A DNA stretch of 26,773 nucleotides from an uncultured Methanosarcinaceae archaeon (GCA_963721455.1 CAVRJG010000040.1:1-26773), one strand, 5' to 3'. Numbered from the stretch's first letter, positions 1-9,508 are shown. Translations and numbers: made by a program. Notes: generated by a model not told the origin, from the letters alone.

Positions 1-36
1 CTTTAAAGCCAGGTCGGAGTTGGTGATGATGTTGTT

Positions 37-693
37 CCAAGTATCTCTCGGTAACCGTCATCCCTGATTCCAGCAACTACGAAGAGAGCTTTGTTTTCAT
101 AATGAAGCCCATCTCTTACCTTGAAATAAGTCGCATCAATAAACAAGTAAGGAATTTCATGTTCTATTCGTTTTGAGAGGAATTCTTCAACCTTCTCATC
201 CAGTTCTTTAGTAATCCTGGAAACAGAAGAGGCTGAGATTTCACCTACTCCTAAAGCGATCATGATCTTTTCCACCCTACGGGTGGAAACACCCTGAAGG
301 TAAGATTCCGCTATAGCGGTTAAGATGGCCTTTTCAACTCTCGAATATTTCTCAAAAACCTGGGTTTCAAAGGGAAACTCACGGAATTGAGGCTTTGACA
401 ATTCAAGTTTTCCATGCTTGGTCAGAAGAGTTCGGGGTTTGTAGCCATTTCTACTGGCTTTACGTGAATCAATCCGCTCATAACGTTGTGCGCCAGCTTG
501 GAGGAGGGCTTCCTCCTCCATTATAAGGTTTAAAAACCAGGTAATTAGCTGGCGAATTCCATCTTCCTGATCGACAAGATAATCTTTTATAAGTGAGAAT
601 AAATTAACCATTGACTCTGCATCCTGTTTTTTTGTGGTGAAAAGAAAAGGATACAGAGTCAATCATATTTTACAGAACTTTCGGTACACTGCC
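37..693 (-). mobile_element. IS256-family element, left part only: left end plus 5' portion of the transposase (ATG at 611), truncated near 37
   Basis: Protein has IS256/Mutator motifs (RNGYKPR, YLQGVSTRRV, SASSVSRITKELD, YLFIDATYFKVR, GYREILG). Similarity stops after ILG. The minus strand at 693 begins GGCAGTGTACCGAAAGTTCTGTAAAAT, consistent with a terminal IR. Confidence 0.88.
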
Positions 694-898
694 GTTTTTT
701 CCCTGATAGCTCAAAAGAACTATCGTGGATCTTTTAACAATGCTTGCAGCTTGATTTCTAGAGCGACTTAACTTGGTCAAATAATCTAACTCTTTTTGAG
801 TAAATGATAATTTAGGGCGACGGCTTATACGAGGCATAAGTACATTTATAGAACAATTAATATAATTATTTTATGGATTTATATCAGAATCGATGCAC
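694..898 (-). mobile_element. Second IS630-like element, left end with transposase N-terminus (ATG 837), interrupted at 693/694 by IS256
   Basis: Manual translation 837->694 gives MPRISRRPKLSFTQKELDYLTKLSRSRNQAASIVKRSTIVLLSYQGKN, resembling IS630 N-termini. The end abuts a TA dinucleotide (899-900) exactly where the ISAzo13 frame breaks. Confidence 0.65.
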
Positions 899-1884
899 TA
901 GTTTTTGTAAGTCTTCTTTAAATATAAAATGTCTACTTGAGTTGCTTCCACCGCTATCGGCTAAGGTTAAAACGCTATTTGCTTCTGGATAATTTTGCTT
1001 ACCGTAGTTTTTCCACCAGTCTTTAATGCCATCACAACAAAACTCGCTTGTATCCTTACTGGTTCCTAAAGTGATGTATCCTTCGTTACGTTTTAAGTCG
1101 TAAATGCCATGTGGAATTACAATGCCATCTGAAAATGTATTGAAATCGTGGTCATAAACCTTAACTGGCTGAGTACAATAAACTTTTCCGTCACGGTAGA
1201 AGTTGCCTATGAATTCTTTTTTTTGACATCTATACTGATAATCGGATTCTTGCTTTTTGAGTACTCTTCTTTTAACTCACGAATCCTCTCAAATTGCTCA
1301 TTCCTATCTTTACAATCTTTCATTGTGACGGTTTTTTGCATCTTTCTCTTTGCAAAACCATGTTTCTTTAAGAGCTGCTTTACTACATGGGGACTTATGT
1401 TCATGCCTTTTGCTTCAAAAGCCTTTGAAATCTCCTTAAGACTCAGATTTGTCCATTTTATTTCGTTATCCATAGGGCTTCCAGCCGTATGATCTTTTAA
1501 AATCTCAAAGAAAACTTCATCAATATTCTCGACTGTATCGATGATTTTCTTTTTACCTCCACCAGGCTTTCGAATCCTGTTATCTGGTTTTTCTATACCA
1601 TTAGTGATTTCACTAATTCCAGCCATAACAGTTTGAAAATGACAGCCTAGAACACTACTTATGTAGTTTTGTCCCCCATGACCTAATTTCATTGCTTCTA
1701 TGGCTGCATATCTTCTTCGATCTTTCTCATTTAAAGTGTTATAAAACACTTTCATTTGTTTTTCAATTTCCTCAGAATATTTTGTGCGCAGCATTAAAGT
1801 AAATTCCTTGTCATTTCTAACAGATTTTAATCAACAATATTATATGACAATAAAAATACTTTAAATTATATATTTGTTATTCCT
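899..1884 (-). mobile_element. ISAzo13-family element, left part; transposase 1794->~899 in two frames joined by a -1 frameshift, truncated at 3' end
   Basis: ORF 1207..1794 has LNEKDRRRYAA, RIRKPGGGKK, KDRNEQF and PIISIDVKKK. The -1 frame continues KKKEFIGNFYRDG...YDHDF...IPHGIYDL...SKDTSEF...ADSGGSNSSR...EDLQKL and breaks near 899. Left boundary (~1884) is approximate. Confidence 0.85.
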
Positions 1885-2208
1885 TAACTCAGATACTTGT
1901 TCTGCTGTTAAAAAAGACTTTACTCCTCGACCAGGTTTACATTTAAGACTAGACAAACCTTCTTTTTCAGCTCGTTTTACCCATCGGTGAACCGTTGAAC
2001 GGTGGACTGAAAATTCTTCTGCAATTTTAGCCGGACTCAAACCATTTTTAACCAATAATAGGGCTTGAAGTCTAATCTGCTCATTTTTGTTGCAGGAACG
2101 ACATATAGCCGTGGCAATATCAGAAGTAGTAAACATTTCCAAACTCATAACTAAATTAATATACTTATTATAAATATATAAATGTTGCATTATATGGGGA
2201 GGTGACTA
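1885..2208 (-). mobile_element. IS630-family element left end with HTH-containing transposase N-terminus (ATG 2148), interrupted by ISAzo13
   Basis: RLQALLLVKNGLSPAKIAEEFSVHRSTVHRWVKRAEKEGLSSLKCKPGRG is a typical IS630 HTH region. The terminal sequence on minus, TA|TAGTCACCTCCCCATATAATGCAACA, sits next to a TA target. Confidence 0.75.
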
Positions 2209-2209
2209 T

Positions 2210-2500
2210 ATTAGTATCTCGTTTGTTATTTTATACGCAATCTTAAGAGATAAAAAACTGAGTATTCTGGGGTCAATTATTGGATTGCCATTTGCTTTCT
2301 GGATTGCATATGCTATCCCTGTTAGTGATGGAGAGGGCATTATGTGGCATCTTATGCGCATAGATATAGTGGGAATGTCGCCTTTCGCTCCTTATATAAT
2401 GGCTGTTTCTTTTGGTACGCTTACAGCATTTATGGGGTTAATTGTCATCAAGATTATAGGTCACGTCTTCAAGTTACTGAGTAAGAACTCTGAAGGTTAA
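2210..2500 (+). pseudogene. 3' remnant of a hydrophobic membrane-protein gene cut by the IS stack
   Basis: Frame is open from the IS630 junction (ISISFVILYAILRDKKLSILGSIIGLPFAFW...) to TAA at 2500. It has several hydrophobic segments and no start codon near the junction. Confidence 0.55.
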
Positions 2501-2958
2501 TAATTAGGAAATGATGATAGAAAGAGGAATTCAAGTTGATCAGAGTACTATAATGAGATGGGTACATCAATATTCCCCTTAAAGAGAAAAGAAGATCAGA
2601 AGACGTTTAAGACAACAAACGATTCGTGGAGAGTTGATGAAACCTATATCAAAGTAAAAGGTAAATGGGAATATTTTTACCGAGCAGTTGACTCAAATGG
2701 AGATATAATTGATTTCATATTAAGTGCAAAACGAAACCGAAAAGCAGCGAAGAGATTCTTTAAGAAAGCTTTGAGCTCTAATCATAATCAAATTCCAAGA
2801 GTAATAACGGTTGATAAGAATCCAGCTTATCCACCTGCTATAGATGAACTGAAAAATGATAAAATAATACCTAAAAACGTAGGCATTAGACAAATCAAGT
2901 GTTTGAATAACATTATATAGCAAGATCATAGATCTATAAAGCGAATCGTTAATCCAAT

Positions 2959-4097
2959 TAGGACTTACGCACTTGAATCACCGCAAACTTAAAATCATTT
3001 AAAATATAATTCCTTTTTTATATAATCTGAAAATGGTTGGAGTTATGCCTATAAATCCACCCAAATGTACTGTCCTTGATTACATCAATTTTCTTATTGC
3101 AGCATCTACCGTTTATTAGTTGTACCGAAGCTGCTCGCTGTTATTCATCTTTAGTCAATGCTCCTTCTCATGATTGTTTTACTCGCCTTCTTCAAAATCA
3201 ATCTTCAGATACAGAATCTTTATGGACTGAAGTAAGGAAATTTGTTACTCCCAAAGAAGGTTATCTAATAGTCGACGATACAGTATTGGATAAACCTTAT
3301 TCTGAAAAGATGGGCTTTGTTCGGTACCAGTGGAGTGGAAAACATCATCGTACTGTAAAAGGGATAGGCCTGGTTACCTTAGTTTGGACAGACGGTACAA
3401 CCGTCATACCTCTCGATTTTCGAATTTATAACATCGATGAAGACGACAAAACGAAAAATGACCATTTCCTTGATATGCTTGACAAAGCTGAAGAACGTGG
3501 TTTTAATCCCGAATTTGTTTTGTTTGATACATGGTATGCAAGTGTGAAAAACCTTAAAGCCATAAGGAAGAAAGAATGGCATTTCCTTACGAGGTTAAAA
3601 AATAATCGTTTGGTAAATCCTAACAACAAGGGAAACGTACCACTTGAAACAGTAGATATTCCTCCAGAAGGACTTGTGGTTCATCTCAAAGCATATGGAT
3701 TTGTAAAGGTGTTTCGGATTGTTTCAAAAGATGGAGACACGCAACACTGGGTTACAGATGTGCAGGATATGGATGAATCAAAACGTGAGGATTTGGCAAA
3801 GAAATCATGGAAAATTGAGGAATATCATAGAGGGATAAAGCAGTTCTGTGGTGTCGAAAAATGTCAGGCAAGAAAGGAAGAGTCACAAAGAGCACATATA
3901 ATGTTCTCATTAAGAGCTTTTCTCAGACTGGAATTACAAAGAATCAAAAGTGGAATATCCTGGTTTGAAAGTGCCATGAAAATTAGAAGAGTGGCAGTGA
4001 CAGCATATTTAAATAATCCACTGTACACATTAAATTAATTTGTATGGATGGGAAGTTGTGAAAAACGATATGCTAAGAGCCAACTGCGTAACTCCTA
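2959..4097 (+). mobile_element. IS701-like insertion sequence, 1139 bp, 17-bp imperfect TIRs, 5-bp target duplication CCAAT
   Basis: TAGGACTTACGCACTTG (2959-2975) and CAACTGCGTAACTCCTA (4081-4097) are 15/17 complementary. CCAAT occurs at 2954-2958 and 4098-4102. Confidence 0.92.
3045..4038 (+). pseudogene. IS701-family DDE transposase with a +1 frameshift near 3111-3119
   Basis: ATG 3045 reads MPINPPKCTVLDYINFLIAASTVY*. The next frame continues SCTEAARC...LIVDDTVLDKPY...VLFDTWY...WKIEEYHRGIKQ (DDE residues). Confidence 0.8.
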
Positions 4098-4462
4098 CCA
4101 ATGTTAGGATTTCAGTCTTTTCGATCTGCTAATAAGACTTTAAAAGGAATTGAAGCTATGAATATGATTAAAAAAAGACAAGTAAATGATCTAAATTACT
4201 CTGTTCTTAATGAAGTCAAATACATTAATCAATTGTTTGGTATAATTTTATAATGTTGGTACGTTTTCCTTGAATATTTTGATTTTTATTCATTACTTAT
4301 AGATTTACATATTTTTTTTGGATTTTTTGCAACGGAACCCGATTTCACATCCCCTGTAAGCTACAGAGTATTCGACTGAAAGAAAATATAAATTAAAAGC
4401 ATTAGAAAAGAAAGCAAGATCAAAAAATCTAACCGGAGAAGGGAAAAAAGAGAGGACTCAAT

Positions 4463-6199
4463 ATGGATGGCTGGACGGGAAAAACAGTATATTTAGACCT
4501 TGGCTCCGAATCAGTTGATATCATCAGGACTGATGAAAAGTTAATCCGCAGGTACCTTGGCGGCAGGGGACTTGGAGTAAAACTGCTTTCCGAGCTTGCG
4601 GCTCCTGATATTGATCCTCTTAGCCCGGTCAATCCCCTTATCTTCACTTCCGGGCCACTTTCAAGCCTTGCCCCCATGGCTTCAGGGGCAGTTCTTACAT
4701 CGAAATCACCTCTAACAGGCACAATATTTAGCTGGAACACAGGTGGAGGCTTCGGGAGAGAACTGAAGAGAGCTGGGATTGATGCCCTGGTCATTACCGG
4801 AAAGGCAAACAGACCTTCTTACGTGGAAATCGGGGAAGGAAACGCTGAAATTGTGCCTGCAGAAGGACTTTGGGGAAAAAATGTTAGAGCCTGCACTGAA
4901 GCCCTGGAAAATAAAGGAAGCGTAGCCTGTATAGGCAGAGCAGGAGAAAAACAGGTTCTTATTTCTTCTTTTGTCATTGGTTCCATCCACAGTGGGAGAG
5001 GAGGCCTTGGAGCGGTTGCAGGCTCAAAAATGTTGAAAGCCGTGGTTGTGAAAGGAGAAAAAGAACTTTCACCTACAAATCCAGAGAGATTCGGAGAACT
5101 TGAGACAAAAGTATTGAAGCTTTTCGACGCAAGCCCTGTACTTTCCAAAGGACTTGCAAACTACGGCACATCTGCGCTTGTAAAGCTCCTGGACTATATG
5201 AATCTCATACCCACCAGGAACTTTACCAGAAGAGGAACATCTTTTGCAGACCAGCTCTCGGGGGAGTATATAAAAGCCAGTTTTGAGCTTGAAAAAGAAA
5301 GCTGCCCTGCCTGTCCCCTTGGCTGCAAAAAGAAAATTAAGGGGACGGGGCAGATTGTGCCTGACTACGATTCCCTCTGGGCCTTAGGGTTTAATCTTGA
5401 AAACCCTGACTTAACTTCCGTGCTCAATGCCGACAGGACATGCAAGGACTATGGGATTGACCCTATTTCCGCAGGTTCGGTTATTGGTGCGTACGCAGAA
5501 CTCAAATCAAGAATAATCGAAGCTTATGAGCTGGAATCTTTGCTCTCGGAAATTGGAGAAGGCTCAGAAATTGAGGGAGGAGGCAAACCCGGAAATGGAG
5601 CCAGGAAATATCTTTCAGGCATGGGGAGAAAAGAGCTGAGCATGGATGTAAAGGGTCTCGAACTCGGAGGCTTTGACCCAAGAGGGATCCGGGGGCAGGC
5701 CCTGGCTTATGCTACATCCAGCCACGGCGGAGACTACCTGACTGCTTTCATGGTTGGGCCTGAAGTCCTTGGAAAGCCCGTTAGTCTTGACCGCCTGAGC
5801 CTTAAAGGAAAAGCAGGTATCCTCCAGGTCTTTGAAAACCTGACTGCTGCACTGGATTCTCTTGTATTCTGTCCGTTCTCGGTCTTTGCCCTCAATGAAG
5901 AACTCTGTTCAGCTCTTTTGCTTTCGGCTACAGGTATGGAAATATCGCCTGCGGAACTCATGAAAATTGGAGAAAGAATCTATAACGTTGAAAGAACTTA
6001 TAACCTGAAAGCAGGTTTCACCCGGAAAGACGACACCCTTCCGGAAAGGCTGTTTGAAAATGAGGGAGAAGATGAAGGATCCGGGCTTCCCGGACAGGAG
6101 TTTGAAGCCGTAATTCAGGAATATTACCATTACCGTGGCTGGGATGAAGAAGGGATACCCACGCCAGAGAAGTTGGAGGAGCTTGGGCTCAGCGGTTAA
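4463..6199 (+). CDS. aor: Aldehyde:ferredoxin oxidoreductase family protein (W/Mo-pterin, 4Fe-4S)
   Basis: AOR motifs YLGGRGLG, KSPLTG, GRGGLGAVAGSKMLKAVVV, CPACPLGC, DPRG, DDTLPERL, EYYHYRGWDEEGIPT. GAGG SD upstream. Confidence 0.92.
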   Translation: MDGWTGKTVYLDLGSESVDIIRTDEKLIRRYLGGRGLGVKLLSELAAPDIDPLSPVNPLIFTSGPLSSLAPMASGAVLTSKSPLTGTIFSWNTGGGFGRELKRAGIDALVITGKANRPSYVEIGEGNAEIVPAEGLWGKNVRACTEALENKGSVACIGRAGEKQVLISSFVIGSIHSGRGGLGAVAGSKMLKAVVVKGEKELSPTNPERFGELETKVLKLFDASPVLSKGLANYGTSALVKLLDYMNLIPTRNFTRRGTSFADQLSGEYIKASFELEKESCPACPLGCKKKIKGTGQIVPDYDSLWALGFNLENPDLTSVLNADRTCKDYGIDPISAGSVIGAYAELKSRIIEAYELESLLSEIGEGSEIEGGGKPGNGARKYLSGMGRKELSMDVKGLELGGFDPRGIRGQALAYATSSHGGDYLTAFMVGPEVLGKPVSLDRLSLKGKAGILQVFENLTAALDSLVFCPFSVFALNEELCSALLLSATGMEISPAELMKIGERIYNVERTYNLKAGFTRKDDTLPERLFENEGEDEGSGLPGQEFEAVIQEYYHYRGWDEEGIPTPEKLEELGLSG

Positions 6200-6708
6200 G
6201 GAGAAAACCTAAAAGGCGATATGGACGGCACGGAAAGCGCGGAATAAAGACATGGAGCCTGCTGTTAAAGAAAAAAGCAGAAAAGAGTTCCAGGAACTTT
6301 TACTGTACCGCAAACTCCACACAGAATGTAGAAATCTTATAGAATGAAGGATTTTCTCTTTGAAATCCAATATTTCCTTTAGCTCATTGATTTTTTCTGG
6401 ATATTTCAGGCATTTTTCCCTGAAATCCGGCTTGAAGACGCAAAATCTCGCATAAGCGTTATATAGTCAAGGATAATTAATCGTATTAGTTCTCGACCTG
6501 TAGATGGGTTCTGCAGGCACCCCAAGTTCAGAATATTTTCCAGTTTTTCCATACATGATAGTTATGTATGGATAAGATAGGAGACAGGCTTAAAAATTAG
6601 GAAAGCCTTCTTATACTACTTCACCGGAGCCGCGGAAAATTCCCGGTAAATCCGGAATGGCGTTTACAGCTTATTTATAAATACTTTAAAACTTATGGGA
6701 GAATCGCT

Positions 6709-7095
6709 ATGAAACAGCAGGTAGAAGTAAAGGAGCTCAAAGAAGGAAAATACGTAATCATTGATGACGAAGCATGCGTCATAAAGAGCATTACCAAGTC
6801 CAAACCGGGGAAACACGGAGCTGCAAAGGCAAGGATAGAGGTTATCGGCCTCTTTGACGGCCAGAAGCGCTCCTACATAGGTTCAGTTGCAACTAAAATA
6901 TATGTCCCGATTGTGGAAAGAAAGAGTGCGCAGATAATCTCAATCACCGGTAACATTGCCCAGCTTATGGACATGGGAGATTACTCAACCTTTGAAATCG
7001 TAATTCCTGAAGAGTATAAGGACAGGGTCAAAGAGGGTGAAGAGGTTTCATATATCACAGCCCTTGGCAAGATCAAACTCGATATACGGACATAA
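6709..7095 (+). CDS. eif5A: Translation factor aIF5A (eIF5A)
   Basis: Hypusine-site motif SKPGKHGAAKAR; 128 aa. Confidence 0.97.
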   Translation: MKQQVEVKELKEGKYVIIDDEACVIKSITKSKPGKHGAAKARIEVIGLFDGQKRSYIGSVATKIYVPIVERKSAQIISITGNIAQLMDMGDYSTFEIVIPEEYKDRVKEGEEVSYITALGKIKLDIRT

Positions 7096-7177
7096 ATTTC
7101 CGAAAATAAGGTGAAAACTCAGGTTAATAGCCTGAGTCATTCTTTTTTAAGCAAATCATTTCATATCAGGTTAGAGT

Positions 7178-8053
7178 ATGTTTTTACCCAATTCCTTTAT
7201 AGATGCTCTTGCAGACTATGAATCTGCACGTTATGTTATCTTCGGCGTGCCTTTTGACAACACCTCTTCTTACAGGGCAGGCAGCCGCTGGGCTCCGGAT
7301 GCCATGCGACAGGTTTCTGCAAATTTTGAGAGTTATAACCCGACTTTCGACATCGATCTTGTGGATCTTCCCATCTATGATGCCGGAAACCTGGAGACTT
7401 CAGCCTCGGTTGACGAGACTTTGCAGAGCCTTTACGATGCTGCAAAAGACCTCCTTAACGAAGGAAAACTTCCCATTATGCTTGGAGGGGAGCATTCCCT
7501 GACCTTTGCTATGGTAAAAGCCTGTGCCGAGTTCGCAGGAGATGATTTCGGGGTCCTCGTTCTGGATGCCCATTTTGACCTCAGGGAAGAGTACAGGGGA
7601 TTCAAGCATAACCATGCCTGCGTATCCCGAAATATTCTCAGTCAGGTTACAAAGAATCTGGCCTCTATAGGGATCAGAAGCGGCCCGGAAGAAGAGTGGG
7701 TTTTTGCCAGGGAAAATAACCTGAAGTATTATACAGCCGATGATGTGGAATCCATAGGCATGGTAGAGGTTCTCAAAGAAGCCCTTGAGTGGCTGGACTG
7801 CAGCCAGCTATACCTTTCCCTTGATATGGATGCCATAGACCCGGCTTACGCCCCTGGGCTCGGCACGCCGGAACCTTTCGGTCTGAGTGCGCGAGATGTA
7901 AGAACTGCAATAAGGACTCTTGCCCCTTTCTCAATGGCTTTTGATGTTGTAGAAATCGCCCCTGAATATGATTCCGGGCAAACAGCCATGCTAGGGGCAA
8001 AACTGATGAGGGAGTTTATCGCTTCCAATGCTAAAAGCTGCAGGAAAGCATAA
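7178..8053 (+). CDS. speB: Agmatinase (ureohydrolase family)
   Basis: GGEHS, DAHFD, HNHAC and SLDMDAIDPAYAPGLGTPEPFG motifs; usual archaeal neighbour of aIF5A. Confidence 0.95.
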   Translation: MFLPNSFIDALADYESARYVIFGVPFDNTSSYRAGSRWAPDAMRQVSANFESYNPTFDIDLVDLPIYDAGNLETSASVDETLQSLYDAAKDLLNEGKLPIMLGGEHSLTFAMVKACAEFAGDDFGVLVLDAHFDLREEYRGFKHNHACVSRNILSQVTKNLASIGIRSGPEEEWVFARENNLKYYTADDVESIGMVEVLKEALEWLDCSQLYLSLDMDAIDPAYAPGLGTPEPFGLSARDVRTAIRTLAPFSMAFDVVEIAPEYDSGQTAMLGAKLMREFIASNAKSCRKA

Positions 8054-8215
8054 GCTACGAGAACAGAAGAGTAATCCGATAAACAAATCAGCTACTTATA
8101 GAACGGTTTCAGCTTTTTGCGAACTCAAAAAATGCTGGAAAAGGACGAAGTATTAAAGCTTCGGAACTTTTCCATTATTCAATACACTCTTTTATTCAAG
8201 AACTGTTTATATCTA

Positions 8216-8392
8216 TTAAGCGCGCCACAGGGCTATGATCTGATCAATTGCTATGTGCGTGTACTTTCCATTTTGCTCAAGAGTGAGCACATTGTCTGCG
8301 CAGGCTTTCACCCTTCCGTAAAAAACATCCGGGCCCCCACAGTAAACATCTATAACTTCGCCGAGATGGTGTTCCACTATAAAAGATTGCAT
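8216..8392 (-). CDS. Small 58-aa protein, MM0924-like, probable Sm/LSm-like fold (copy 2)
   Basis: Manual translation MQSFIVEHHLGEVIDVYCGGPDVFYGRVKACADNVLTLEQNGKYTHIAIDQIIALWRA*. GAGGTG SD upstream. 42/58 identical to the ORF at 8730-8909. Confidence 0.88.
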   Translation of the reverse strand: MQSFIVEHHLGEVIDVYCGGPDVFYGRVKACADNVLTLEQNGKYTHIAIDQIIALWRA

Positions 8393-8729
8393 TTCTTTAC
8401 ACCTCAGAATTCTCCCACGTATCGAACTCGACCCTTCTGGTTTGAATCAGCTTTCTTTCCCTGTATAAGAGCGTTTTCAGGTAAAAAGATATTGTTGCTC
8501 CGTTTTCGCCAGTTATGGCTGAAGCAATATCAGTTTTCGCACATGCCTGTAAGGTTTTTATCTATCTCTGCCTGATCCCGCTTAGTCTTACCGGAAATAA
8601 AATCCCGATCCAGCTGTCTGGAGCATCAGCCAACTTCAACCAGATTTAGAAGAAGATCCGCAAGATCTGTCCTTACTCCAGTTGTCCCCTATAATATAAG
8701 ATATGATTTTGAAATATAAAATTTCGAGC

Positions 8730-8909
8730 TTATTGAGACCACAGGGCTATTATTTTATCGATGGCTATATGGGTAAGTTTCCCTTCGTTATTGAGCGTGA
8801 GGACATTATCGGCACAGGCTTCTATAGTTCCCTTGAAGATATCAGGCCCGCCACAGTAAACATCTATATCCTTGTTGAGATAATGTTCAACTATAAAGGA
8901 TTGCATCAT
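8730..8909 (-). CDS. Small 59-aa protein, MM0924-like, probable Sm/LSm-like fold (copy 1)
   Basis: Manual translation MMQSFIVEHYLNKDIDVYCGGPDIFKGTIEACADNVLTLNNEGKLTHIAIDKIIALWSQ*. GGAGG SD upstream. Paralogue of 8216-8392. Confidence 0.88.
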   Translation of the reverse strand: MMQSFIVEHYLNKDIDVYCGGPDIFKGTIEACADNVLTLNNEGKLTHIAIDKIIALWSQ

Positions 8910-9303
8910 GTATTTTTCCTCCTGTTTATTTTCTTTGTGATTTGCTTATTCACCTATCAGCTTGCTTGCTGACATAAACTGGCTTTACATCCGCAGATGT
9001 CCTTTAATTGTAACTACCCTTTCATTTCATATAAATATATTTAGAAACTAAAGTTGATTTTCGGAATTCGACGCCTTTAATTCCTGGAAAGAAAAGTAGG
9101 CTACTCACCCGAAAGCCTGTACATTTCTCAGGTTCTCGTTTTTCTGAAAAATAAAAATATAATTATATGCCTTTTTTCTTCAGGTTTATTTGTGTGAGGG
9201 AATTCGGGAAAGCCAAGTTTAGCTGGAGAAATATTATGAAACCAGCTTTTAATAAAAAAGGGACAAAATAAATCAATTTTTCGTATCCTCTTCAAACCAG
9301 ATA

Positions 9304-9507
9304 TCAGCTTTCTCTGTCGTCATAGATGAAAATATCCTCTATTCGGGCTCCAAAAAGCCTGGCAAGCTTGAATGCAAGCTCAAGAGAGGGATCATATTTG
9401 CCCTTTTCAATCGCATTTATAGTTTGCCTTGTCACCCCTACTCTTTCAGCAAGGCTTTCCTGAGTAAAGTCATGCATTGCCCTGTGAACTTTAATATTGT
9501 TCTTCAT
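9304..9507 (-). CDS. XRE/Cro-like HTH transcriptional regulator
   Basis: TQESLAERVGVTRQTINAIEKGKYDPSLELAFKLARLF is a canonical HTH_3 motif. It starts 1 nt after the upstream stop. Confidence 0.95.
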   Translation of the reverse strand: MKNNIKVHRAMHDFTQESLAERVGVTRQTINAIEKGKYDPSLELAFKLARLFGARIEDIFIYDDRES

Positions 9508-9508
9508 C

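Larger units (their letters stand above)
2508..4339 (+). mobile_element. Decayed IS6-family element (transposase pseudogene 2508-2958 + 4098-4253; right IR 4325-4339), interrupted by an IS701-like element
   Basis: Reads EMMIERGIQVDQSTIMRWVHQYSP*, then a frameshift, then SWRVDETYIKVKGKW..YRAVDS..DKNPAY..LNNII*QDHR. It resumes after the insertion as PMLGFQSFRSANKTLKGIEAMNMIKK. TTTTGCAACGGAACC is the reverse complement of an IS6-type GGTTCCGTTGCAAAA end. The left end is missing. Confidence 0.9.

Noticed and set aside
4429-6130. Multiple antisense ORFs inside aor (likewise inside ramA, purB, kefC and the ABC ATPase)
   Set aside because: They are shadow ORFs of well-supported genes, with no independent motifs or SD evidence.
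8410-8450. tRNA-like words on the minus strand (TTCAAA, GAGTTCGAT)
   Set aside because: No acceptor stem or paired T arm can be built; likely chance.
8117-8972. ORF-track proteins 8117..8575 and 8703..8972 (+), which resemble each other
   Set aside because: They are antisense shadows of the two real minus-strand small paralogues; their similarity comes from that duplication.
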